Shown here: positions 43,421 to 55,156 of the stretch, piece by piece | Layout: the number at the start of each line of letters is the position of its first letter | Numbering within the stretch: position 1 is the stretch's first letter | Assembly: GCF_009914755.1 (NCBI RefSeq) | Contig: NC_060927.1 | DNA from: the human T2T-CHM13v2.0 reference genome, Homo sapiens | DNA length: 64,000 nt | Direction: 5' to 3' (one strand) | The notes under the pieces: generated by a model | What the model saw: only the letters and a program-made list of their open reading frames with translations | Database searches by the model: none | What the model was told of the DNA's origin: nothing | Made by a program: the position numbers and the translations under genes

Positions 43421-45427
43421 TTTGGTTATGCATTTGCAGGTTAAAATGTAGTTTTCTGCGAAATGCTCTCATAATTTTGCAATTCCTCTGAAGCACTCAA
43501 ATAATATAATCCAATCTTTCAATTTATATGCAAGTTAGATAATTATGACATATATGCAAATGCAATTAAGAGTGTTCATATATGCAAATAACTATAACTT
43601 CCAACATGATAAATATTTCAGTAATTCCATAACAAGAATAGCATTTATCAGGAAATGATTGCTTACTCAATCTTATTGCAAGTTATTATAATTTAAAAAA
43701 ATTTTTTCTATATATTTAGAGATGGTTAAGAGAGTCAAGTCTTACTGTAGACCTTCGTATATCCTGCAATCATTATCACTGTAATACCTATAGGGGTGGT
43801 CAGGAAGACTTTGTAACTCAGTTGTTTGTATTAGATCACATGCCTTACTTGTACAACTTACATATCAGCTTTTGACGAATTTTGGGTCCTTGTCTGTCCA
43901 TATCCCAATTTATTTTATTTTATTTTACTTATACACAGAACTTCCTGACTGCTTTTACTGCGTTCAGATTGTCTTTGCCACACATACTGACTTCAACCAT
44001 TTCCCCCAACCTTGTTTATTTGTATATTTCTGTCCTCTTTCTGATTTATTCACACCTGTTTTTGTTTATTATATTATTTGCTCAAAACTTAGGCAGCCCA
44101 GATATTTTTTATGGTCTTTAATTATGTACAAAATGCCATGGGTTCTCTTTTTGGTGCAATGCCCGGTTTTATATTGCTTGTTTCCCAAACAGTGAGAACA
44201 GCAAGTTAGGAACAAATTTCATACCTATATCTTCCATTGTTTAAATATAATTACAGTTATATTTTAAATTCTGAAATTGTTTTAAAAATAAGCCAGAACA
44301 AATTAAATGTATAGCATTATTAGTTGACTGTATTTAAAGAATGTTGCTTCTAAAATGCATCAAATGGCTTTTTTTTTAACAACCTGGAGAAAAGAAACAA
44401 CAAAGATAATAATAATTGAGAAAACATGTGGACTAAAATTTTCCCTGGAAAATTGAATTGCACATCAGTATAATAATTTTTCAGAGAAATTGTTCAGCAA
44501 ATAAATCTGCTTACTATGAACAGAAGATTAACTGAATTAATTTGACAAATTATTTGTTACTGAATAAAACTGTTTATCAGTGATTTCCCAAGTGATATAC
44601 TTTTGAATGATAAATTCTAACTTAAGTGTGTATCTACATTTTGCAATAACTCTTTACTCTTTTGCTTATGTTTCAGGCTTAAAATCTGAACCATGTAGTA
44701 ATGATGATGATGCATGCAAAGCTAATATAACTTATGAAAGGCTAAATAACATCCTCAGATCAACAATTTGAATAGTATATTTTGGATTTTAAATTGTTTT
44801 AGTAAAATTTTGTAATTTAGAAATTTCCAAATAATAAGTTTGTTGGATCAAATGGTTACGATACACAGAGAGTGACAGAAAAATCATCTTTCAAATCAAT
44901 TATCAGTATCACTACAATACTTTTTGTTATAACAAATAAACTAGAAAAAGAACAGGCTGGATTTCTTAATACAAATGCTAATTAATTTATTCCACAAATA
45001 AGAACCAAATTAAAACTGTGACACAAATTAAAGTAACAATTAAGCTAACTCATGCAATTATTCATCTTTCAAATAAATGAGGTTAGAAGAGATGAATCTT
45101 GCCATTGATGCTGCAGTGCAAATTACCTAGTTTTAAAAAATTCATTAGAATAGTTAATAAAGCCTGAGTCATCATTAGTTGTGATGTTATAAAGCTTCTT
45201 TTATAAAGAAGTAGGAACTGTTGTACAGATTTAATTTCCTTTTATAACAAAATAAGTGATAAATAGCTCACCAAGAATGCTTTCTATGAAGAATAGCATC
45301 AGTTTGTGTTTGATATTATTTCCCTACAGTCTAGCAGTTTTTCGAACTGTGTACCTGCTCAGTAAAAACACACTGAATTGGTGAACATATCTGGTAGATC
45401 AAGCAACTGATCAAATAGAACTACCTT

Positions 45428-45716
45428 GGTAGGGCACAGTGGCTCACGCCTGTAATCCCAGCACTTTGAGAGGCTGAGGTGGGCAGACCACCTGAGGTCG
45501 GGAGTTCAAGACCAGCCTGGCCAACATGGGGAAACCTAGTCTCTACTAAAAATACAAAAATTAGCCGGGTGTGGTTGTATGTGCCTGTAAACCCAGCTAC
45601 TCAGGAGACTGAGGCAGGAGAATCACTTGAACCTGGGAGGTGGAGGTTGCAGTGAGCAGTGAGCCAAGATTGAGCCACTGCACTCCAGCCTGGGTGACAG
45701 AGCAAGACTCTATCTC

Positions 45717-45748
<32 letters not shown>

Positions 45749-45750
45749 AC
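45428..45750 (+). mobile_element. AluSx-like element with a 7-bp internal duplication (CAGTGAG) and an (AAAAC)n tail
   Basis: Full dimer; TSD ATAGAACTA(C/T)CTT at 45415-45427 and 45753-45765. Confidence 0.95.
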
Positions 45751-45839
45751 ATATAGAACTATCTTGCTTTATCTATACTTAAGATTCTACTACATAATAT
45801 GCTCAACAATAAACAAAGTGAGTTACTAATAGCCACAAG

Positions 45840-45904
<65 letters not shown>

Positions 45905-45944
45905 CATATGTGTGTGTGTGTTTACAAACATATATATATATATG
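45840..45944. repeat. Compound (TG)/(TA)19/(CA)/(TG)/(TA) microsatellite
   Basis: Directly visible; alternating purine-pyrimidine. Confidence 0.95.
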
Positions 45945-48634
45945 AAGTTAATATGCATATGTGATATATGCAAGCAATAGCAATTCTCCAAGAAGTGAAC
46001 TGTTGCTGGCTTTAGAGAAGTAAAATGGGAAATCTCAACATAAAATTGATCAGAACTAGAAGGTATAAAACTGGCTTCAAGAGACAGAATAATCTAGTTC
46101 TACAAGATTCTTTATTGTAAATGATTGGAGATATTAACGTATGAATTGAATAAGAGTCATTCAGAAGTGTACCAGGTCACTCTCAGAAGAAAAGACACGA
46201 CATCACCAGAGAAAGCTTTAGCAACATTTATCCTGACAATAGGTAGATGTAATAGAAAATGTGAATACGTGTCTGCCTCTGTTTCACGTTGTGAAGAAAA
46301 GAATGGATGCCATATGACTTTTCTGGTTTGTATTCCATACTCATCAAGAATGTTTTTGGATAATTTGACTTCTTAGACAGTTTGCCTACAAGTAGTCAAT
46401 GCCCTCTTCAAATCAATGAGACATTTTGGTCTTTATGAAAGATCCACTTACAGATATCTACATATTAGGCTTGCAAATAATTTATAGCACTCCATTAATT
46501 TGTGGACATGGATAAGATTGAGTTTCAGACAATACCTTTGAGAAACAGATCCCAGAAAAAGATCATTTCAACAAAATATCCCCTGGTATGGATGTAACTA
46601 GAAAATCAGTTAGACTTCCTAAAACACTACCCCTCCCCTAATTCGACCTCCATCCCAAAGAATACTTCATTTACTTCTGAAGATTTCTTTCCTTTTGAAA
46701 AATTAGACTTCATTTTTAAGGCATTTTTAGGTTCACAGCAAAATTGAGCAGAAGATACAGAGATTTCCAGTATACTGTCTTCCCCCACATGCACAGACTT
46801 TCCCACTGTCAACACCTCGTAGCAAAGTAGTGTATTTGTTATAGTTTGTGAACCTAGAGTGATACATCTTTATCACCTAAAGTTCATAGTTTACATTAGG
46901 GCTCACCCTTGGGGTTACATGTTCTGTGACTTTTGACAAATATGTAATGGCATGCACCCACTGTGATAGTGCTCTGCAGAATAGTTTCACTGTCCTAACA
47001 ATCCTGAGCTGCATCTCTTCATCTCTACTTACCACCTAATCCTTGGAAATCACTGACACTTTTATTGTCTCCATACTTTTGCTGTTTTCAGAATGTCTTA
47101 TAGCTGGAATCATATAATATTTAGTATCTTCCTATTTGCTTCTTTCATTTAGTAATACACATTTTAAGTTTTCTCTATGCTTTTTATGGTTTAATAGCTC
47201 ATTTATTTTTAGAGATGAATAATACTGTATTGCCTGGATATGCCATCGTTTATCTATTTACCTATTGAAGGACATTTTGGCTGCTACCAAGTTTAGGCAA
47301 TTATGAGTAAAGCTGCTATAAATATCTGTGTGTAGGTTTTTATATGGAAATATGTTTTTAACTCTTTCGAGTAAATACCAAGGAGCGTGAATGCTGTATT
47401 AGATGATAAGAGTATGTCTAGTTTTGTAAAAAATTGCCAGTCTTTAAGAATGGCTGTACCATTTTTTTTTTCTACCATCAATAAATGAGAGTTCCTGTTC
47501 CTCCATATTCTCACCAGCCTTTGGTGTTATCAGTATTTTGGGTTTTGACCAATAGGTGTGTAGGAGGTGTATAGTAGTATCTCATTGTTGTAGTAATTGA
47601 AAAATCCCCAATGATATTTGATTTTGAGCATCTTTTCTTACTTTTTTGCCACCTGTATATCTTTGGTGAGGTGTTGGTGCAAGATTTTTTGTCCATCTTA
47701 AAATCAGGCTGTTCATTTTTTTAAAGCTGATTTTTAAGAGTTCTTTGTAACATTTTGGAGAACAGTCATTTTTCAAATACAGGCATACCTCAAAGACATT
47801 GCTGATTTGGTTTCATATTACCATAATAAAGTGAATATCTCAATAAAGCTAGTCATAGACAATTTTTTTTGGTTTCCCAGTGCATAGAAGTTATGTTTAC
47901 AATATACTGTAGTCCATTAAGTGTGTAATAGCATTATGTCTTAAAATGAACCTACTTTAAATAAAATACTACATTGATTAAAAATGCTAACAATCATTTG
48001 AACCTTCAGCATGTCATAATCCTTTAGCTGATAGAGGGGCTTACCTTGATGTTGATGGCTGCTGACTGATCAGGATGTTGTTGCTGAAGGTTGGGTGGTT
48101 GTGGCAATTTCTGAAAATGAGGCAACAACAAAGTTTGCTGCATTTGTTGACTCTTCCTTTTACAAAAGACTTATCTACTATATGAAATGCTGTTTGATAG
48201 GATTTTACCCACAGTAGAACTTCTTTCAAAATTGGAGTCAATCTCCTCAAACATTACCAGTGCTTTATCAAATACATTTATGTAATAGTCTAAATCCTTT
48301 ATTGTCATTTCAACAATGTTCACAGCATCATCACTAGGAGTAGATTTTATCTCAACAAACTACTTTCTTTGCTCATCCATTAGAAGCCACTCATCACCTA
48401 TTCAAGTTTTATCATGAAATTGAAACAATTTAGTCACACCTTCAGGTTTCACTTCTAGCTCTAATTTTCTTGTTCTTTCTACCACATCTGCAATGACTTT
48501 TTCCACTGAAGTATTAAACTCCTTAAAGTTATTCATGAGGGCTGGACTCAACTTCTTCCAAGCTCCTGTAAGTGTTAATATTTTCACCTCCTCTCATGAA
48601 TCACAAAGGTTCTTAATGACATCTACAGTGGTGA

Positions 48635-48991
<357 letters not shown>

Positions 48992-49521
48992 TGAAATGCA
49001 TTTCTTAAGTAAGAATACTTGAAAGCGAAAATCAATGATCCATGGGCAAATGGATCAGAATGGATATTTTCTTAGCAGGCATGAAAACACATTAATTTCT
49101 TTAAACATCTCCATCAGAGTTCTGGGATGACCAGGTGCATTGTCAATGTGCAATAATATTTTGAAAAGAATCTATTGCCGAGCAGTAGGTCTTGATGGTG
49201 GGCTTAAATGTAATCAGTAAACTATGCTGTAAACAAATGTGCTATATTAAAAGATTTGTCATTCTATTTACAGAGCACAGGCAGAGTCAATTTAGTATAC
49301 TTTTAAGGGTCTTAGAATTTTTGGAAAGGCACATAAGCTTTGGTTTCAATTTAAAGTCACCAGCTGCATTAGCTACTAACAAGAGAGTTTGCGTCTCCTT
49401 TGAAATTTTAAAGCTGGGCATTTGCTTCTCTTTAGCTGCTTCCCTTTAGTCCTAGATGGCATCTTCTTCCAATATAAGGTTGTTTTACCTCCATGGAAAA
49501 CCTGTTTTTTACTGTGGATGC

Positions 49522-49932
49522 TTTCATGCACCTCCATGTGAAGAGACCACCAAACAGGCTTTGTGTGAGCAATAAAGCTTTTAATCACCCGAGAGCAGGC
49601 GGGCTGAATCCGAAAAGAGACTCTGCGAAGGGAGATAAGGGTGGAGCTGTCTTATAGGATTTGGGGAGATAAAGGAAAATTACAGTCAAAGGGGGGTTGT
49701 TCTCTGGCGGGCAGAGTTGGGGTCACAAGGTGCTCAGTAGGGGAGCTTTTGAGCCAGGATGAGCCAGGAGAAGGAATTTCACAAGACAATGTCATCAGTT
49801 AAGGCAGGAACAGGCCATTTTCACTTCTTTTGTGGTGGAATGTCATCAGTTAAGGCAGGAACTGGCCTTCTGGATGTGTACATGCAGGTCACAGGGGGTA
49901 TGATGGCTTAGCTTGGGCTCAGAGGCCTGACA
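49522..49932 (-). mobile_element. HERV-H 3' LTR (LTR7 family), complete
   Basis: Minus strand reads TGTCAGGCCTCTGAGCCCAAGCTAAGCC...GCATGAAA; preceded by the purine-rich PPT (49933-49945); left TSD GATGC at 49517-49521. Confidence 0.97.
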
Positions 49933-51310
49933 TTCCTGTCTTCTTATATTAATAAGAAAAATAAAATGAAATAGTGGTAAAGTGTTGGGATGGTGAAAAT
50001 TTTTGGAGGTGGTATGGAGAGATAATGGGCAATGTTTCTCAGGGCTGCTTCGAGCAGGATTAGGGGTGGCGTGGGAACCTAGAGTGGGAGAGATTAAGCT
50101 GAAGGAAGATTTTGTGGTAAAAGGTGATATTGTGGAGTTGTTAGAAGAAATATTTGTGGTGTAGAATTATTGGTGATGGCCTGGATACGGTTTTGTATGA
50201 ATTGAAAAACTAAATGGAATAAGAGAAGGAGAAAAACAGGTATAAAAGGTCTAAGAATTGGGAGGACCTAGGACATCTGATTAGAGAGTGCCTAAGGAGA
50301 TTCAGCATAGTCCTGCCAGCAGATTATTTATTTACTTCAAGAGTTTAGAGTGGCAGTATGGGGATAGCACCAGGAGATATCAACTGTGATGGCTTGGAGA
50401 AATAATGCAAACTGGCAGTGTAAACAAGAGTAGGGCATGTATGAGTAGTTGAGAACAGTGAATAGGAGTATGACTAGATAGAAGATAGTAGGGATGACAA
50501 GTTTTTTGGGGGCACAGTCTAAGTTGGTCTGGTGTCTGGAATGAGACTGGGGCCTAATAAAAAGGAGCATCTATACAGGAGCTCAAATGGGCTGTACACT
50601 GTAGCATCCTGAGGACAGGTCTGACTTCTGAGAAGCGAAAGTGGTAAAAGTATTGTCCAGTCCTTTTTAAGTTGTTGGCTGAGCTTGGTGAGGTGTGTTT
50701 TTAAAAGACATTTAGTCCATTCTACTTTTCTTGAAGACGGAGGACCATAAGGGATAAAGGTTTCACTGAATACTAAGAGCCTGAAAAACTGCTTGGCTGA
50801 TTTGACTAATAAAGGCTGGTCTGTTATCAGACTGTATAGTGGTGGGAAGGCTAAACTGAGGAATTATGTCTGACAGAAAGGAAGAAATGACTGCGGTGGC
50901 CTTCTCAGACCCTGTAGGAAAGGCCTCTACCTATCCAGTGAAAGTGTCTACCTAGACTAAGAGGTATTTTAGTTATCTGACTCGGGACATGTTGAGTAAA
51001 GCTAATTTGCCAGTCCTGGGTGGGGGCAAATCCTTGAGCTTGATGTGTAGGGAAGGGAGGGGGCCTGAATAATCCCTGAGGAGTAGTAGAATAGCAGATG
51101 GAACACTGAGAAGTTATTTCCTTGAGGATAGATTTCCACGATGGAAAGGAAATGAGAGGTTCTAAGAGGTGGGATAGTGGCTTGTACTATAGCATAGCCT
51201 GCCTTTGCTGGTGTGGCAATTAGGCCTGGTGGAACTGCCATCAATAAATCAAGCATGATCAAGGCGAGGAAGAGGAAAGAAGGAAATATGGGGAAATGAG
51301 GTGAATGTCA
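49933..51310 (-). mobile_element. HERV-H internal 3' half (3' pol/env remnants)
   Basis: Minus strand starts TGACATTCACCTCATTTCCCC, continuing the pol sequence that stops at 55156 on the plus strand, and runs to the PPT. Confidence 0.9.
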
Positions 51311-51446
51311 AGAAGAGTTTATAAGCTTTAAAAGGCCATGCTGTAACAGGTGAATGATAACAGGCTTTAATCCTTTCAAAGCATGCTATAGGATAAGATA
51401 TTGGCATTGAGCAGGGTAAGAGTGATTAGGTTTTAATAGGATGGTA
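51310..51446 (-). repeat. 137-bp inverted duplicate of HERV-H pol 54183-54319
   Basis: Ungapped alignment with 10 mismatches in 137 nt. Confidence 0.97.
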
Positions 51447-51728
51447 GCCTTAACTGATGACATTGTCTTGTGAAATTCCTTCTCCTGGCTCATCCTGGCT
51501 CAAAAGCTCCCCTACTGAGCACCTTGTGACCCCCACTCTGCTTGCCAGAGAACAACCCCCCTTACTGTAATTTTCCTTTATCTACCCAAATCCTATAAAA
51601 CAGCCCCACCCTTATCTCCCTTCGCTGAGTCTCTTTTCAGACTCAGCCCGCCTGCACCCAGGTGATTAAAAGCTTTATTGCTCACACAAAGCCTGTTTGG
51701 TAGTCTCTTCACACAGACACACATGAAA
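51447..51728 (+). mobile_element. HERV-H 5' LTR (LTR7 family) lacking the first ~127 nt of U3
   Basis: Matches the reverse complement of 49522-49805; TATAAAA at 51594-51600; ATTAAA at 51665-51670; followed by the PBS. Confidence 0.97.
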
Positions 51729-51730
51729 TT

Positions 51731-51748
51731 TGGTGCCGTGACTCGGAT
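51731..51748 (+). other. Primer-binding site for tRNA-His
   Basis: TGGTGCCGTGACTCGGAT is complementary to the 3' 18 nt of tRNA-His. Confidence 0.95.
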
Positions 51749-51871
51749 CGGAGGACCTCCCTTAAGAGATCAATCCCCTGTCCTCCTGTTCTTTGCTCCG
51801 TGAGAAAGATCCACCTATGACCTCAGGTCCTCAGACCAACCAGCCCAAGAAATATCTCACCAATTTCAAAT

Positions 51872-51880
51872 CCAGTAAGC
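51872..51880 (+). promoter_or_regulatory. HERV-H leader splice-donor position (CCA|GTAAGC)
   Basis: About 150 nt downstream of the LTR, where the HERV-H major donor lies; the -1 base is A rather than G, so it may be weakened. Confidence 0.55.
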
Positions 51881-52499
51881 GGCCTATTTTTACTCTCTTC
51901 TCCAACCTCCCTCACTATCCCTCAACCACTTTCTCCTTTCAATCTTGGTGCCACACTTCAATCTCTCCCTTCTCTTAATTTCAGTTCCTTTCATTTTCTG
52001 GTAGAGACAAAGGAGACACGTTTTATCCATGGACCCAAAACTCTGGCACCAGTCACGGACTGGGAAGGGAGCCTTCCCTTGGTGTTTAATCATTTCAGGG
52101 ATGGATGCCTCTCTGATTATTCACTCACGTTTCAGAGGTGTCAGACCATGCAAGGACGCCTGCCTTGATCCTTCACCCTTAGTGGCAAGTCCTGCTTTTC
52201 TGGGGGAGGGGGAAGTACCCCAACCTCTTCTCTCCGTGGTTCTACCCCTTCTCTGCTTTTCTGGGGGAGGGGCAAGAACCCCTCAACCCCTTCTCCTTCA
52301 CCCTTAGCGACAAGTCCCACTTTTCTAGGGGACAAGAATCCCCAACCCCTTATTTCCATGCCCCGACCCCTTTCCCACTTTTCTGAAGGGTAAGAACCCC
52401 CGAACCCCTTCCCTCCGTGTCTCTACTCTCTCTTTTCTCTGGGCTTGCCTCCTTCACTATAGGCAACCTTCCACCCTCCATTCCTCCATCTCCCTTAGC

Positions 52500-53720
52500 C
52501 TGTGGTCTCAAGAACTTAAAACCTCTTCAACTCACACCTGACCTAAAACCTAAATGCCTTATTTTCTTCTGCAATGCTGCTTGACCTCAATACAAACTTG
52601 ACAGTGGTTCCAAATAGCCAGAAAATGACACTTTCAATTTTTCCATCCTGCAAGATCTAAATAATTCTTGTCATAAAATAGGCAAATGGCCTGAGGTGCC
52701 TGATGTCCAGGCATTCTTTTACACATCGGTCCCTCCCTAGTCTCTGTGCCCAGTGCAACTCGTCCCAAATCTTCCTTCTTTCCCTCCCGCCTGTACCCTC
52801 AGTCCCAACCCCAAGCATCGCTGAGTCTTTCTAATCTTCCTTTTCTACAGACCCATCTGACCTCTCCCCTCCTCCCCAGGCTGCTCCTTGCCAGGCCAAG
52901 CTAGGGCCGAATTCTTCCTCAGCCTCCACTCCTCCACCGGGTAATCTTTTTATCACCTCCCCTCCTTACACCTGGTCCAGTTTACAGTTTCATTCTGTGA
53001 GTAGCCCTCCCCTACCTGCCCAGCAATTTCCTCTTAAAAAGATGGCTGAAGCTAAAGGCATAGTCAAGGTTAATGCTCCTTTTTCTTTATCAGACCTCTC
53101 CCAAATCAGTGAGCATTTAGGCTCTTTCATCAAATATGAAAAACCCAGCCCAGTTCATGGCTCATTCCGCAGCAACCCTGAGACGCTTTACAGCCCTAGA
53201 CCCTAAAAGGTCAAAAGGCCGTCTTATTCTCAATATACATTTTATTACCCAATCTGCTCCTGACATTAAATAAAACTACAAAAATTAAATTCCAGCCCTC
53301 AAACCCCACAACAGGACTTAATTAACCTCACCTTCAAGGTGTACAATAATAGAGTAGAAGCAGCCAAGTAGCAATGTATTTCTGAGTTGCAATTCCTTGC
53401 CTCCACTGTGAGACAAACCCCAGCCACATCTCCAGCACACAAGAACTCCAAATGCCTGAACCACAGCTCCCAGTGGTTCCTCCAGAACCTCCTCCCCCAG
53501 GAGCTTGCTACAAGTGCCGGAAATCTGGCCACTGGGCCAAGGGATGCCCACAGCCCAGGATTCCTCCTAAGCCTTATCCCATCTGTGTGGGACCCCACTG
53601 AAAATCAGACTGTTCAACTCACCTGGCAGCCACTCCCAGAGCCCCTGGAACTCTGGCCCAAGGCTCTCTGACTGACTCCTTCCCAGATCTTCTCGACTTA
53701 GTGGCTGAAGACTGACACTG
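52500..53720 (+). pseudogene. gag: HERV-H gag remnant with an NC zinc knuckle
   Basis: CYKCRKSGHWAKGC (CCHC) at 53506-53547; the second knuckle is broken by a stop; start is approximate. Confidence 0.8.
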
Positions 53721-53781
53721 CCTGATCACCTGGGAAGCCCCCTAGACCATCACGGACACCAAGCTTTGAGTAACTCTCACA

Positions 53782-54141
53782 GTGGAAAGTAAGTCCGTCC
53801 CCTTCTTAATCAATATGGAGGCTACCCACTCCACATTACCTTCTTTTCAAAGGCCTGTTTCCCTTGCTTCCATAACTGTTGTTCATATTGACGGCCAGGC
53901 TTCTAAACCTCTTAAAACTCCCCAACTCTGGTGCCAACTTAAACAATACTCTTTTCAGCACTCCTTTATAGTTATCCCCACCTGCCCAGTTCCCTTATTA
54001 GGCCGAGATGCTTTAACTAAATTATCTGCTTCCCTGACTAGTCCTGGGCTACAGCCACACCTCATTGCCGCCTTTTCCCCCAGTTCAAAGCCTCCTTCAC
54101 ATCCTCCCCTTGTATCTCCCCACCTTAACCCACAAGTATAA
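53782..54141 (+). pseudogene. pro: HERV-H protease remnant
   Basis: FLINMEATHSTL (degenerate DTGA site) and PVPLLGRD motif. Confidence 0.85.
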
Positions 54142-54162
54142 GACACCTCTACTCCCTCTTTA

Positions 54163-55156
54163 GTGACCGATCATGCACCCCTTACCATCCCATTAAAACC
54201 TAATCACTCTTACCCTGATCAATGCCAATATCCCATCCCACAGCATGCTTTGAAAGGATTAAATCCTGTTATCACTCGCCTGTTACAGCATGGCCTTTTA
54301 AAGCCTATAAACTCTTCTTACCATTCCCCCATTTTACCTGTCCTAAAACCAGACAAGGCTTACAGGTTAGTTCAGAATCTGCGCCTTATCAACCAAATTG
54401 TTTTGCCTATCCACCCCGTGGTGCCAAACTCCTATACTCTCCTATCCTCAATACCTCCCTCCACAACCCATTATTCTGTTCTGGATCTCAAACATGCTTT
54501 CTTTACTATTCCTTTGCACCCTTCATCCCAGCCTCTCTTTGCTTTCACTTAGACTGACCCTGACACCCATTAGGCTCAGCAAATTACCTGGGCTGTACTG
54601 CCACAAGGCTTCACAGACAGCTCCCATTACTTCAGTCAAGCCCAAATTTCATCCTCAGCTGTTACCTATCTCGGCATAATTCTCATAAAAACACACGTGC
54701 TCTCCCTGCTGATCGTGTCCGATTAATCTCCCAAACCTCAATCCCTTACAAAACAACTCCTTTCCTTCCTATGCATGGTTACTGTGGTCAGGATTCTTAC
54801 ACAAGAGCCGGGACCGCCCCCTGTAGCCTTTCTGTCCAAACAACTTGACCTTACTGTTTTAGCCTAGCCCTCATGTCTGTGTGCAGTGGCTGCCGCTGCT
54901 TTAATACTTTTAGAGGCCCTAAAAATCACAAACTATGCTCAACTCACTCTCTACATTTCTCATTACTTCCAAAATCTATTTTCTTCCTCATACCTGATGC
55001 ATATACTTTCTGCTCCCCGGCTCCTTCAGCTGTACTCACTCTTTGTTAAGTCCCACAATTACCATTGTTCCTGGCCCAGACTTCAGTCCGGCCTCCCGCA
55101 TTATTCCTGATACCACACCTGACCCCCATGATTGTATCTCTCTGATCCACCTGACA
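54163..55156 (+). pseudogene. pol: HERV-H pol (RT) remnant with stops; ends at the host junction
   Basis: QYPIP...SPILPVLKPDKAYRLVQNLRLINQIV...SVLDLKHAFFTIPL; right TSD GATGC at 55157-55161. Confidence 0.92.

Noticed and set aside
53387-55110. Coding-competent HERV-H gag-pro-pol
   Set aside because: Multiple stops, degenerate protease active site, and no intact YxDD motif seen in the RT region
49522-55156. Two independent HERV-H insertions back to back
   Set aside because: A single shared TSD, complementary internal halves meeting at the same pol position, and closely matching LTRs favour one rearranged provirus
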